A program made the translations under genes and the position numbers. Positions 19,328 through 28,699 of a stretch of DNA of 64,000 bases are shown in pieces (position 1 is the first letter of the stretch; every line of letters begins with the position of its first letter). The notes below the pieces were generated by a model. It did not search any database, had not been told where the DNA came from, and saw only the letters and a program-made list of their open reading frames with translations. Source of the DNA: a virus (Duplodnaviria; Caudoviricetes). Location of the stretch: the IMG/VR virus record IMGVR_UViG_2706795719_000001, positions 32,001-96,000 of that record. One strand, written 5' to 3'.

Positions 19328-19700
19328 ATGATAATGATAATAAATACTTTGTTTTCTTACACAGCGTCATAATTTCATCTAAAGCAGATTGACCAGCACT
19401 ACATGTCGAGTCATAAATGTCTTCTCCTAAAGAAATAATTGTATCTAGAATTTCTTGGTCCGACGATATTCGTGTTGGAAAATTCCTGGTATAAGTACCA
19501 CCACTTCCAAGATAGATTTCTACAAATGTATCTATTAGGTCTGGCATGTCTTCATAAAAATCTTCGTATACTTTATGGTGGGCATAACTTTTAGTCTCAA
19601 AATGATATGAGTGCATATATGAAGAACTTATTAAGCATAGTCCTATAAATTCTGAGTGTTTAGTGCTTTTAGGTTTTACAAATGCCGAAAATTCATTCAT
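19326..19700 (-). CDS. rI.-1: rI.-1 ferritin/Dps-like four-helix protein
   Basis: HSYHFETKSYAHHKVYEDFYEDMPDLIDTFVE; synteny. Confidence 0.8.
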   Translation of the reverse strand: MNEFSAFVKPKSTKHSEFIGLCLISSSYMHSYHFETKSYAHHKVYEDFYEDMPDLIDTFVEIYLGSGGTYTRNFPTRISSDQEILDTIISLGEDIYDSTCSAGQSALDEIMTLCKKTKYLLSLS

Positions 19701-19986
19701 CGTGAACTAATTCCTTTTTAAGGTTGTACACATATTCTTGTGCAGCACTTTTTCCATCTTCGCTGCATTTGTTGTTTTGACAGTTAGTTTCTTCCCATTT
19801 TGTTTTAATGAAAGCATAAAACTGTACTGATTCTTCTTTTGATGGTTCTTTCAATTTACTATACACGGACATGGCGCCTTCTGCGTATACGTTAAAATAT
19901 TTATCATCAGATGCATAGGCACTAGACAATAATATGCTTAAACATAATAGAATGCCCGATAAAAAGTAATTGTTGAATTTGGCCAT
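19693..19986 (-). CDS. rI: Antiholin RI (lysis inhibition)
   Basis: 97 aa from ATG 19986 (GGAGG RBS); N-terminal signal/SAR, two Cys, EGAMSVYSKLKEPSKEES. Confidence 0.85.
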   Translation of the reverse strand: MAKFNNYFLSGILLCLSILLSSAYASDDKYFNVYAEGAMSVYSKLKEPSKEESVQFYAFIKTKWEETNCQNNKCSEDGKSAAQEYVYNLKKELVHDE

Positions 19987-20013
19987 ACGGCCTCCAATAT
20001 CTAAGTAATCCAA

Positions 20014-20226
20014 TTAATGATATATAGATTTCAATTTATAAATCATCTTGACATCAGAGAAATAGTTACTTAGTTTTTTATATTGCAAATAGTCTGCATG
20101 GCTTTGAGTAGTATTAAATTCTATTTCTGATTGCTTTAAACAGGGTTTAATTTCTTTCATATGAAGAGCCAATTCTATTGCTGACATCCGTTGTAACTTT
20201 TTCTTAGAAAGCATTTCAGTGCTCAT
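20014..20226 (-). CDS. rI.1: rI.1-like protein
   Basis: 70 aa, QSHADY motif, between tk and rI. Confidence 0.75.
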   Translation of the reverse strand: MSTEMLSKKKLQRMSAIELALHMKEIKPCLKQSEIEFNTTQSHADYLQYKKLSNYFSDVKMIYKLKSIYH

Positions 20227-20249
20227 ATAATTCTCCTAGTCAGTTTATA

Positions 20250-20816
20250 TTATTTATTAAATTCAAAATAATGTTTACGACAAAACGAAATATATTTATC
20301 ATCACCTCCTATTTCAACAACCTCACCTTCTTTTACAGGATTACCGAATCTATCACTTTTAGCAGTATGCGTTGCTTTTCTTCCACAATAACAAACAGCT
20401 TTAAGTTCTTCTAATTTATCTGCCCATGACAATAAAGCGGCAGAGCCTTCGAACAGTTCACCTTTAAAATCAGTTTTTAAACCAAAACACATAACAGGAA
20501 TATTATGGATATCAACAAATTTAGTCAATTGAATAACTTGTTGTTTTGTTAAGAATTGTGCTTCGTCAATAAGAACACATGAAGTTTTTAATGCTGATTC
20601 TAAATATTTTTCGTATAAATTATCAGAACAAGAAAATAATTCACATGGTTCTTTAATACCAACTCTACTAGATATAACCCCTATATCTCTGGTGTCAATA
20701 TCTGGTTTTAAAAGTAAACAAGGCATACCTTGTTCGGTATAGTTATTATTAACAGATAATAATTTTAATGATTTACCAGCTGCCATAGATCCGTAAACAA
20801 AATATAGTTGTGCCAT
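20250..20816 (-). CDS. tk: Thymidine kinase
   Basis: YGSMAAGKS, IDEAQF, GLKTDF, CYC..CRKH. Confidence 0.97.
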   Translation of the reverse strand: MAQLYFVYGSMAAGKSLKLLSVNNNYTEQGMPCLLLKPDIDTRDIGVISSRVGIKEPCELFSCSDNLYEKYLESALKTSCVLIDEAQFLTKQQVIQLTKFVDIHNIPVMCFGLKTDFKGELFEGSAALLSWADKLEELKAVCYCGRKATHTAKSDRFGNPVKEGEVVEIGGDDKYISFCRKHYFEFNK

Positions 20817-20817
20817 G

Positions 20818-21027
20818 TTAATCCTTAATCCATTCTACCCACAGAACACACTCTGCGTCTTTCTTTTTACCGGTTTTAGTTTTATATGTATATACTACTT
20901 TATGTTCTAGAAACTTAATAGGCTTGACATCTGGATAACTATTAGTTTCTCTAATAGATTCATAATGGGATAAAGAGAGAAGTCTTCCTTCTCTCTGCAT
21001 TTTAAAAGGATGTGGTAAATGAGTCAT
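20818..21027 (-). CDS. Hypothetical protein
   Basis: Operonic ORF upstream of tk. Confidence 0.6.
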   Translation of the reverse strand: MTHLPHPFKMQREGRLLSLSHYESIRETNSYPDVKPIKFLEHKVVYTYKTKTGKKKDAECVLWVEWIKD

Positions 21028-21139
21028 TTAAATGCACCTCTAAAAGCAAAATATACACAAATAGCTAAAGCAGGGAAAATAATAACAGAAATCATAATAT
21101 TAATAAACATCTCACTAAGTAAAAATTCCATATATTCCT

Positions 21140-21349
21140 CTAAATTTTCTGTTTTAGTATTAAATAAATTACATTAACGCAAACCCATATCCACATCATA
21201 GGCCATAATAAAATTAATCCAATAAAGATAATATTTTGTTTTATCTTATCATGTGGATATCCAAAGCACCACAAAAAATTAGATACAGTGAATAATCCAC
21301 AAAAAAGATATAAGGCGATAAAAATAGCTAAAATAGACCCAAATATCAT
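21140..21349 (-). CDS. Small membrane protein
   Basis: Two TM segments with LWP motif. Confidence 0.65.
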   Translation of the reverse strand: MIFGSILAIFIALYLFCGLFTVSNFLWCFGYPHDKIKQNIIFIGLILLWPMMWIWVCVNVIYLILKQKI

Positions 21350-21786
21350 TTCAATTCTTTAAACTTCATTTTATCATGACCATCAATACGATATGTCCCA
21401 TATTGGCCCACATTATCTATAATATTAACAACTATTTCACCATTGCAAACTCTAAACAACCTGGCTAATTTTGTGACTTCATATTTGTTAATAATAAATT
21501 GGGGTCCTAAAAGATCTCCATGAACTACTCTATTGCACCCAGAGACAAAAAATTTTCCATTAGGAATAGAGATAGAGTCGGATTTATCAATTAAAGAATA
21601 AAAGGTAGCACCAAAAATACGTTTTTTAGGTTGCCATACTATTTCTATATTAGATTTTTTAAGGCCGGCATTTTCTATTAAAGACCCTGATATTCCATAT
21701 AATTTAGGATTGATATATCCAGGAACTTCATACCATGAAAAACTATAAGAACTAAAAAATATAAGGCATGCTAATAAATATTTCAT
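21346..21786 (-). CDS. Exported hypothetical protein
   Basis: Signal peptide MKYLLACLIFFSSYSFS. Confidence 0.65.
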   Translation of the reverse strand: MKYLLACLIFFSSYSFSWYEVPGYINPKLYGISGSLIENAGLKKSNIEIVWQPKKRIFGATFYSLIDKSDSISIPNGKFFVSGCNRVVHGDLLGPQFIINKYEVTKLARLFRVCNGEIVVNIIDNVGQYGTYRIDGHDKMKFKELK

Positions 21787-22097
21787 TGGTTTATCCCTGC
21801 TATATATTTGTCCATTAAAGCCCCTCTATATGTTTCACAGATTTCGCTATTAGGTGCTTTCTCACATAATGAAGATAACGAATTGGCTTTATTCTTCAAA
21901 GCTGATATTTTATACTCAGCATCTTTTTTGGATTGTAAAAATCCTTCATGAAAACTTGTACTTAATTCTACTGATAGAATATTAATACATTCTATATCAT
22001 CACCACAAAAATATTTTGCAACATCTATAGACTCTTCCATGTTGTTAGATGCAATAACCGGAAATGTTACTAAAAATAACAATAAAAGTTTTTTCAT
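21783..22097 (-). CDS. vs: Vs (valyl-tRNA synthetase modifier) homolog
   Basis: Signal-like N-terminus, four-Cys pattern, synteny with vs.1/regB. Confidence 0.75.
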   Translation of the reverse strand: MKKLLLLFLVTFPVIASNNMEESIDVAKYFCGDDIECINILSVELSTSFHEGFLQSKKDAEYKISALKNKANSLSSLCEKAPNSEICETYRGALMDKYIAGINQ

Positions 22098-22100
22098 AAC

Positions 22101-22661
22101 TTACTCCATTGTTTTTCCTACAATAGATTTAGATTTAAGATATTCTGCTATTGTTCTGACTTCATAAGAATATGTTTGTCCTGCTTTATATTTCCAGTTA
22201 TAACCTGCGTTATAACTAGCTAAAGCTTTATTAATATCTCCTTTATGAACTTTTAACCATGCTTTTAATTCAACATGGCTCCAATAAGCAGAATTACTTC
22301 TATCTAATAGTTCTTCAATTATATCAGAATCAGCTTTAGGTGTTCCGGCTTGTTTTAACCGATTCCTAATAGTTTTGATATAATTTTGGAACATACCATA
22401 AGCATGGTGGTTTTTCCGGTAAACTACCAAATTAGGGTTTTCATACCCTGAACTTTCTTTAAACGCTATAGCAGCAAATATATACCCAAGATGATCTTCA
22501 TCCTTTTCAAAATCTCTTGGGTCTCCGTTTTTATTGAATTGTTGACCAAAATGATATGCATAATTCAGATTATCATATTGTTCATAAGACAAATTATCAG
22601 GTAAATGCACTGCACTACAGGAAATAGAGACAAATAATAATAGAACTGTTAAATATTTCAA
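22101..22661 (-). CDS. vs.1: Vs.1 lytic transglycosylase (SLT)-like protein
   Basis: AAIAFKESS, AYGMFQ, ALASYNAG. Confidence 0.88.
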   Translation of the reverse strand: MKYLTVLLLFVSISCSAVHLPDNLSYEQYDNLNYAYHFGQQFNKNGDPRDFEKDEDHLGYIFAAIAFKESSGYENPNLVVYRKNHHAYGMFQNYIKTIRNRLKQAGTPKADSDIIEELLDRSNSAYWSHVELKAWLKVHKGDINKALASYNAGYNWKYKAGQTYSYEVRTIAEYLKSKSIVGKTME

Positions 22662-23077
22662 AATTTAATCACCTTTGTTGAAATTTTAGATGGTAATCTA
22701 GAAGGATTGAAAATAACCATACGACATGTCAATCCATATGTTCCTTTTGTTCCTTCTGAAGAAGTAAATCCAATCCATAGCTTCCCATCAGTAATTTCTA
22801 ACCTTGTAGGTTTGTACTCTATATTAGGGTCTGGATTTTCTATAGGCATATCAGGAAGTTTACAGTAATCTAAAATAGATTCTTTAGCCTGATATAATTT
22901 ATTTAATAGACCAAAAATATCACTTAATTGAATTCCACGTTCTAGTGTTCGGTCGATAATATGACTACCAAATTTAATATGGAACCCTGCATTTTCTTTA
23001 TTTAAATTTTTATTTATTTCTGAAAAAGCCTCAGAAAATTTTCTTCGTGCTTTTGCACGTTCTACATGAATGTTCAT
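22658..23077 (-). CDS. regB: Site-specific endoribonuclease RegB
   Basis: FHIKFGSHIIDR, RLEITDGKLWIG, CRMVIFN. Confidence 0.88.
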   Translation of the reverse strand: MNIHVERAKARRKFSEAFSEINKNLNKENAGFHIKFGSHIIDRTLERGIQLSDIFGLLNKLYQAKESILDYCKLPDMPIENPDPNIEYKPTRLEITDGKLWIGFTSSEGTKGTYGLTCRMVIFNPSRLPSKISTKVIKF

Positions 23078-23475
23078 TATTTAGACTCCAATTTTTTACC
23101 ATAATATTTATACCAATCTGGTTTTTGAGCAATTTTTTCATCTAATCTTGATTTAGATAACATAATATCAGTCTCAGATGGAATATAGTCATTATACCAC
23201 GATTTAGGAAAAATGAAATCAGTTTTTTCAAAAGAAATATTAAAACCACGATTTTTACACTCCTGGATTAAAGCGTTTTGTCTTTGTTCTAAAAATTTTA
23301 GTTTATTGTAAAAGAATTTAACATGTCCTGTGCCAAGGACATAATTTGCAGGAATTTTGACAGGTTTACCATAAGCTTTAAGAGCTAAAGTAAATACTCG
23401 TGGAAGTTCGCGATATTCAGCGATAAGATGTTGATCTGTGAGAAGTGATGGGTCTAAAAGATTAATACGTGTCAT
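23077..23475 (-). CDS. denV: Pyrimidine-dimer glycosylase endonuclease V
   Basis: MTRINL, DQHLIAEYRELPRVF, LGTGHVKFFY, WYKYYG. Confidence 0.97.
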   Translation of the reverse strand: MTRINLLDPSLLTDQHLIAEYRELPRVFTLALKAYGKPVKIPANYVLGTGHVKFFYNKLKFLEQRQNALIQECKNRGFNISFEKTDFIFPKSWYNDYIPSETDIMLSKSRLDEKIAQKPDWYKYYGKKLESK

Positions 23476-23498
23476 ATATCCTCCATTAATTTAAAGAT

Positions 23499-23528
23499 AA
23501 TATAACACGTATTTTTATTAATGTAAAC
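23499..23528 (-). promoter_or_regulatory. Early promoter for denV-regB
   Basis: gTTTACA-17-TATATT with extended TG. Confidence 0.65.
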
Positions 23529-23896
23529 TAAATTTTATCAGTAAATGTTCTGTTAATAACATCTTCTTTCTGTTCTGCAGTCAGAGAATTAAATCTGACG
23601 GCATACCCAGAAACGCGAATTGTTAATTGTGGATATTTTTCAGGATGTTCTTTAGCATCTAACAACATTTCTTTATTAAGAACATTGACATTCAGATGTT
23701 GTCCACCTTCGATTCTTGGAGCAAACTCAATAGCTAAATCTTTTTGAGCAGAATTACCAAATGAAGACATTGGAACAACTTCATCTTCTTTAAAATATTT
23801 AGAAGCCAGAATTCGGCAATTATTTGTTTCTGTGTCTATTAAGAAAATAGTCCCATAAAAAGGTCCAGAAACTAGTTGTCTTGCTTGAATTGTCAT
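23528..23896 (-). CDS. vs.6: Autonomous glycyl radical cofactor (GrcA-like) Vs.6
   Basis: GGQHLNVNV...[19 protein letters not shown]. Confidence 0.95.
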   Translation of the reverse strand: MTIQARQLVSGPFYGTIFLIDTETNNCRILASKYFKEDEVVPMSSFGNSAQKDLAIEFAPRIEGGQHLNVNVLNKEMLLDAKEHPEKYPQLTIRVSGYAVRFNSLTAEQKEDVINRTFTDKI

Positions 23897-24060
23897 TATT
23901 TTACCTCGTACATGTAAGGTTCTGTAGAATTTTCATCTTTAACAAAACCATAGAATTTTTTGTCTACATAAAGAGCAATAGAATTTTTATGTTTAATCCA
24001 CACTAAAGAAACTAAATTTTCAGAATTTCCAAAAACACCTTTTGCTTCATTTAAAATCAT
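23896..24060 (-). CDS. Hypothetical protein (54 aa)
   Basis: Manual: [11 protein letters not shown]...; TAATG overlap with vs.6. Confidence 0.5.
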   Translation of the reverse strand: MILNEAKGVFGNSENLVSLVWIKHKNSIALYVDKKFYGFVKDENSTEPYMYEVK

Positions 24061-24062
24061 AA

Positions 24063-24554
24063 TCACATTCCTATAATATATACAACAGGTTCATGGTTTA
24101 CACATTTAACTACATCAGCTAAATTGTTAATAAATTCATTAGGATTTAAGCCCATGGGTTCTTCAATAATAAAAATAGGAGAATTTAAAGTTATACCTCT
24201 AAATCTATTATAGAAACTAGGATTCATTAAAGACCTGTTTTTAACGGATATAAATTCTACATCTTTAATAGGTTTAATGCCAATTTCTTGAATTTTTTCT
24301 AAATAAAGACGTTTTGTATTATCTGCCATTCGGCCTAAAACAAAAATGTCTCGTTTTGGATTTTTGATCTTTTGTTCTAATACAAATTTAGCAACATCTG
24401 TTGATTTGTATGTCTGACGTCCAAAATCTAATTTGCATTGTCTGTATTCTGCTATTCTAGCAGCAAAACAATAATTTTTTATTTGTTTAGATTCTTCTTC
24501 AGACGTGTTTTCGCATTTATTTAAAAATTGGGTCATTAATTCTAAGTAATTCAT
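24063..24554 (-). CDS. MobD.1-like degenerate P-loop protein
   Basis: LDFGRQTYKST, RFRG, FIIEEP, terminal IIGM. Confidence 0.6.
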   Translation of the reverse strand: MNYLELMTQFLNKCENTSEEESKQIKNYCFAARIAEYRQCKLDFGRQTYKSTDVAKFVLEQKIKNPKRDIFVLGRMADNTKRLYLEKIQEIGIKPIKDVEFISVKNRSLMNPSFYNRFRGITLNSPIFIIEEPMGLNPNEFINNLADVVKCVNHEPVVYIIGM

Positions 24555-24606
24555 TTTTTTTTAATCCTTAGGCCATATACGAATGAAATATATGGCGAAG
24601 TTTAAG

Positions 24607-25071
24607 TTAAAAGATATAATATTTTGATAGTTTTGAAAATATTGTGTCTTCTTTGTTTTTTAATACTACTACTGAATATAGTCCTTTATTTCCATCATCA
24701 ATAATTTCGTTTATCCATGTTTCGAAATTATCAGAGATTAGCTTAATGAAAGATTCATTGCTTCCACGCTGTTTATATCTTTTTAGGTATTCATCTTTCA
24801 ATGATATATCAGGAACTACAACATAAAAAGGAACTTTTTCTTTTAATAATGCTTCTCTGACAACTTTGTGTGAAGAAGCAAAAGTTAAAGTTTGTTTGTA
24901 TCGCATTTCTTTTAAATGCTTAATATAATTCTGTGGAAATTCTGACTTATCAAAATTTGACGAATCTGAATCTGACACTTTAATTCCATATTTTAAAAAT
25001 TGTTCGGTCGCATAACTTTTACCTGTACCTGGAAAAGCACACACAATAGGAACATTATCTATCATTATCAA
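24607..25071 (-). CDS. P-loop nucleotide-kinase-like protein
   Basis: AFPGTGKS, DSDSS.F...FPQNY, RYKQRG lid. Confidence 0.7.
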   Translation of the reverse strand: MIMIDNVPIVCAFPGTGKSYATEQFLKYGIKVSDSDSSNFDKSEFPQNYIKHLKEMRYKQTLTFASSHKVVREALLKEKVPFYVVVPDISLKDEYLKRYKQRGSNESFIKLISDNFETWINEIIDDGNKGLYSVVVLKNKEDTIFSKLSKYYIF

Positions 25072-25084
25072 CCTCTATAATATT

Positions 25085-25450
25085 TTATACTTGAAAGTGT
25101 GGACCATCAGGAAATGATTTCCAGTCCCCACCCCATTCTATTTTAACACCAAGTTCTTTTGCAGCTTGCTTCATTGCTTTAGCAACAAGTTCAAACTTAG
25201 ACCAGTCTTTCCATGGAATATCTCTGTTAACTAAAGGTCCTAAATCTACGGCATCGCCTGTTAAATGGCGACTATTTAAAGTTTTAGAGACGCCTTTTTT
25301 AACATTTTCTTTTTGTTTTTCAAGTGTACGAACGCCTTCAATAACCATAAAATCTATCTCAGATATCTGGATTGCTCGTTCTACAACTTTAACTAAATCT
25401 GGATTAACACCTTTTAATCTATCTTTTGATCTTTGTGATAATACGTACAT
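25085..25450 (-). CDS. Endolysin, L-Ala-D-Glu peptidase (peptidase M15 family)
   Basis: EGVRT, SRHLTGDAVD, WGGDW, DGPHFQ; sits at the T4 gene e locus beside nudE. Confidence 0.92.
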   Translation of the reverse strand: MYVLSQRSKDRLKGVNPDLVKVVERAIQISEIDFMVIEGVRTLEKQKENVKKGVSKTLNSRHLTGDAVDLGPLVNRDIPWKDWSKFELVAKAMKQAAKELGVKIEWGGDWKSFPDGPHFQV

Positions 25451-25486
25451 AAGTTTCTCCTTTGTTGTCTTATGTACGTATTTATT
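25441..25486 (-). promoter_or_regulatory. Endolysin late promoter and start-codon-sequestering hairpin
   Basis: 13-bp stem 25441-25453/25469-25481; AATAAATA at 25479-25486. Confidence 0.8.
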
Positions 25487-25489
25487 AGA

Positions 25490-25933
25490 TTAAAGAGGCT
25501 TATAATCTGTAGGCAATGTTTTAAGCATAGATAAGAAATATTCAGTGTCGATTGCTAAATCTTTTTTATCAACTTCTAATGTGTCTTCATTTAGAAAATG
25601 ATATTTTTCGACCATTTCTTTAAAATAAGCCAAAATGCCATTATCACATTTTTTTGATACACTAATTTCATTATCTAGAGATTCAAACCCATCATTATAT
25701 GTTGTATATCCAAAAATACTAAAACATAGATCTTTTAGTTCTAATGGATTTTCAACATCAGGAAAATGCTTTTTAAGAATAGGTTCTAAATCTTGGGAAT
25801 AAGTTTTAATAATATGCGGTGTTAATTCTAGGTTAATGCTACATTCTACCATATCGTGCTTAATTCGACCACCTTCTTCAAGGTCGCCAATTTCCGTAAT
25901 TAAATCAAAAAGTTCTTTATCTTTAATAATCAT
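25490..25933 (-). CDS. Acidic hypothetical protein
   Basis: 147-aa ORF with AAGGA RBS. Confidence 0.65.
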   Translation of the reverse strand: MIIKDKELFDLITEIGDLEEGGRIKHDMVECSINLELTPHIIKTYSQDLEPILKKHFPDVENPLELKDLCFSIFGYTTYNDGFESLDNEISVSKKCDNGILAYFKEMVEKYHFLNEDTLEVDKKDLAIDTEYFLSMLKTLPTDYKPL

Positions 25934-25986
25934 TTTTATTCCTTATTCATTAGTATTATTCATAGAAATCTTATAAATCCATGATA

Positions 25987-26391
25987 CTACAATACCTTTA
26001 ATAATAACTTAGATTGTGATTTAGAGCAATATTTAGGGATGTCTTTTAAATCAATCCATTTAAATGCATCATTTTCTGGGAATGTTTTGCCATATTTGGT
26101 ATACATACTTGTACATACACATTTTTCTACATCAGGCATATTAGGGCCTTTGTATAAAAATAAATGCATGTTTTTACCATTATAATAAAAATGTTCGTCT
26201 AAATCTTTTAGGTTTTCAGGGTCAGTAACAGTAAAATTAGTTTCTTCCTTAACTTCGCGAAGAGCAGCTTCTAAAGCAGTTTCGCCTTCATCAATATGTC
26301 CTTTTGGAATTCCCCAATAAGGTGTATTAGTTGCGTGACATAAAAGGATTTTGTCATCTTTAATAAAAATAATTCCGGAAGAGATTTCCAT
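25987..26391 (-). CDS. nudE: Nudix hydrolase NudE
   Basis: PKGHIDEGETALEAALREVKEET Nudix box. Confidence 0.93.
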   Translation of the reverse strand: MEISSGIIFIKDDKILLCHATNTPYWGIPKGHIDEGETALEAALREVKEETNFTVTDPENLKDLDEHFYYNGKNMHLFLYKGPNMPDVEKCVCTSMYTKYGKTFPENDAFKWIDLKDIPKYCSKSQSKLLLKVL

Positions 26392-26400
26392 TTTTAATCC

Positions 26401-26622
26401 TTAATATTCGGCATCATAAAGACGATTAATAACTTCTTCAATCATTTTGGATTCCGAAACAGATAATGATTCAGAAGGTTCATAAAAAATTTCTCCTGGA
26501 ACATCAGAACCTTTAAATAATGTATCAAATAATACATTCATACCTTGTTCTGTAAATTCTACATTTTTACAGAAAGTATAGTGGTCGGAAGACACACTAA
26601 TTATATGAAAAGCTATATACAT
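26401..26622 (-). CDS. Hypothetical protein
   Basis: ORF with GAGGA RBS. Confidence 0.55.
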   Translation of the reverse strand: MYIAFHIISVSSDHYTFCKNVEFTEQGMNVLFDTLFKGSDVPGEIFYEPSESLSVSESKMIEEVINRLYDAEY

Positions 26623-26698
26623 GTCATATCCTCTTAGTATATTATTGAATCAAAATTAATTCATTGATATAATCTAAATATGTTCTATATTTCGTATT

Positions 26699-26974
26699 TC
26701 AATTATGTCCTCTTTTAGATTCTATATAATCTTGTATGTCTTTATCCCTTTTAGCCTTCTGTTTTTTCTTTTTATCAGGGTATTCTTTACACCAAATAAC
26801 AAAATCATAAGCCAATAAAAATAAAACTAAAATAATACAAAAAGAACTACATAATAAAACCACTTGGGCCGTTGATAATTCATCATCACCGTCATCAATA
26901 CACCCTAAAATCAATAAAGACACTATCGTCCAAATAAGCATCCCTATAAATATTGTTTCTAAAAACCCACTCAT
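26699..26974 (-). CDS. Membrane protein (e.2-e.5-like family)
   Basis: Two TM segments and basic tail ending YIESKR. Confidence 0.6.
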   Translation of the reverse strand: MSGFLETIFIGMLIWTIVSLLILGCIDDGDDELSTAQVVLLCSSFCIILVLFLLAYDFVIWCKEYPDKKKKQKAKRDKDIQDYIESKRGHN

Positions 26975-27020
26975 AATTTATTCCTGCATTGCATAATATA
27001 GACTATATTCACTCCTTAAT

Positions 27021-27040
27021 AAAATGGGCCTTTCGGCCCA
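27021..27040 (-). terminator. Rho-independent terminator
   Basis: TGGGCC-GAAA-GGCCCA-TTTT on minus strand. Confidence 0.75.
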
Positions 27041-27053
27041 CAAATCATTTTAA

Positions 27054-27650
27054 TTATTTGTTAAAAGTATCAACATATAATTCGAGTTCTGTCATGTTCA
27101 CTGCCACATTAGAACTTTCTGTAAATGTATCAACTTCAGAAATAATAGTATCAACATCAACTAATACATGGTCTGTTGAAGCCATAACATCTTCAGGCAG
27201 TTTAATGCCTAATGCATCGGTTTCTTTATTCAATTTAATAACTTCTAAATTAGCTTTAATTTCTTCTAATTTATCTGCTAGTTCAACCACCTTTTCGGCA
27301 ATAAGAATAATTGACTTTTTACGATTTTCAACTTCAGCTTCTAAAGCTTCACCTAATTTTTTATATTGTAGTGCTGCAATAAAATATGCTTTAGGAACAG
27401 GTTGATTTTTTGATTTAAGTAAACGAATATGTTCTTCTTTAAGATTACTGTTTTTAAAGTGCTCTTTTGATTTTTCTTTTAAATGAGCAATACTTTGTGT
27501 AGCTGTAATTTCAGCATGGCGAAGCTCATCGATCTTGTTAATAATCGCAGTAGCTGCTTGGGTGTAACGTTCTTCAGCAGAAAGGTTAGATTTAAAGAAA
27601 AAGTTCAGTTTTGTTGAAAAAAAGTTTTTAGCATTTTTTAATAAGCTCAT
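27054..27650 (-). CDS. e.6: e.6 homolog (PspA-like coiled coil)
   Basis: NLSAEERYTQAA, IAEKVVEL, ALGI resemble T4 e.6. Confidence 0.8.
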   Translation of the reverse strand: MSLLKNAKNFFSTKLNFFFKSNLSAEERYTQAATAIINKIDELRHAEITATQSIAHLKEKSKEHFKNSNLKEEHIRLLKSKNQPVPKAYFIAALQYKKLGEALEAEVENRKKSIILIAEKVVELADKLEEIKANLEVIKLNKETDALGIKLPEDVMASTDHVLVDVDTIISEVDTFTESSNVAVNMTELELYVDTFNK

Positions 27651-27841
27651 TTTATTTCCTTGCATGTATTGGTTTCAAAATTAACATCAATATTTTTACG
27701 TTCAACACCAAGACTAACTAATTTAGAAATACACTGGCCTTGAATTCTTTGGTCTTCAAGACCTTTAGAAACACTTTTAGTTAATGCACTCCATGAAAAA
27801 CAAACAACTATTAGAACAAGTAATAAGATTAAATATTTCAT
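27647..27841 (-). CDS. Small membrane-anchored protein
   Basis: N-terminal hydrophobic segment, CISKLVSLGVERKNI. Confidence 0.6.
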   Translation of the reverse strand: MKYLILLLVLIVVCFSWSALTKSVSKGLEDQRIQGQCISKLVSLGVERKNIDVNFETNTCKEIK

Positions 27842-27856
27842 TATAAACTCCTTTGT

Positions 27857-27900
27857 TTTGTTGATAGTGCTATAATACACACTATCAACAAATTTGTAAA
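27857..27900 (-). promoter_or_regulatory. Early promoter inside 13-bp inverted repeat
   Basis: TTTACA-17-TATTAT; tttgttgatagtg/cactatcaacaaa. Confidence 0.8.
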
Positions 27901-27903
27901 TAC

Positions 27904-28176
27904 TTATTTTACCAGTTTCTTAATCTTTTTCCAACTTTCTTTAAAATCATCAACTTGATCTGTAGGAATCCAATACCCTACACCAACGCCGCCGTTATAA
28001 TCAGAACATTGGTCACAATACCCATCCCATGTATCTTCGTCGGAATAATTAGGAGTTTCTTCAGCCCGAAGTAGATTATCAACTTTTTCTAATAACTCAG
28101 GGTTATTGTCAATTATTGAAAAATACCATACTCCACGACTATTTTGAACATTGATTGAGTTACGTTGTAATTTCAT
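27904..28176 (-). CDS. e.8: e.8-like conserved protein
   Basis: MKLQRNSI...RGVWYF...GYWI...FKESWK resembles T4 e.8. Confidence 0.7.
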   Translation of the reverse strand: MKLQRNSINVQNSRGVWYFSIIDNNPELLEKVDNLLRAEETPNYSDEDTWDGYCDQCSDYNGGVGVGYWIPTDQVDDFKESWKKIKKLVK

Positions 28177-28201
28177 TATATCCTCCTTTGTTTTGATAAG
28201 G

Positions 28202-28233
28202 CTATAATATTACATGTTATAGATGTTGTAAAC
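28202..28233 (-). promoter_or_regulatory. Early promoter
   Basis: gTTTACA-17-TATTAT. Confidence 0.7.
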
Positions 28234-28699
28234 TGGTTTTTGAAATATTTTTTAGTTTTTCTCTACATTGCTCTATGTAAGTGTTTCGGTCTTTTGTTTT
28301 CTTTTCTTTTAATACATTGCATTTGTATTCAATAAAAGATTTACCTTCTAAACATGATATTAATGATTTGACTTGGGCCTTATTTAAAAATAAAACACAT
28401 TCTTTCTCGGTTTTAATATCAGTATAAGATAACCCATAGGTCCTAAATCGTAATTCCGGAAATTCTTTTTCTAAAAAATTTGTTTTACCAAGAGGCAAAT
28501 TACAACTAAGTGCATGATGAAAAGCACAATAGTCCAATGTCACATCATTAATAGAATTACTTACTAAAAAATCTAGTATGACTTTACCTGTATAACAAGA
28601 GTTTTGACTTGAATTATAATAATGTGTCGGTCTTAAATCTACCCAAAGAATACCTTTATATTCACCTGAATCAAAACAACTAAAAATACTATTATCCAT
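28217..28699 (-). CDS. Hypothetical protein (paralog of 28692-29147)
   Basis: Shared ILWVDLR / LFL / RNTYIEQCR motifs. Confidence 0.7.
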   Translation of the reverse strand: MDNSIFSCFDSGEYKGILWVDLRPTHYYNSSQNSCYTGKVILDFLVSNSINDVTLDYCAFHHALSCNLPLGKTNFLEKEFPELRFRTYGLSYTDIKTEKECVLFLNKAQVKSLISCLEGKSFIEYKCNVLKEKKTKDRNTYIEQCREKLKNISKTSLQHL

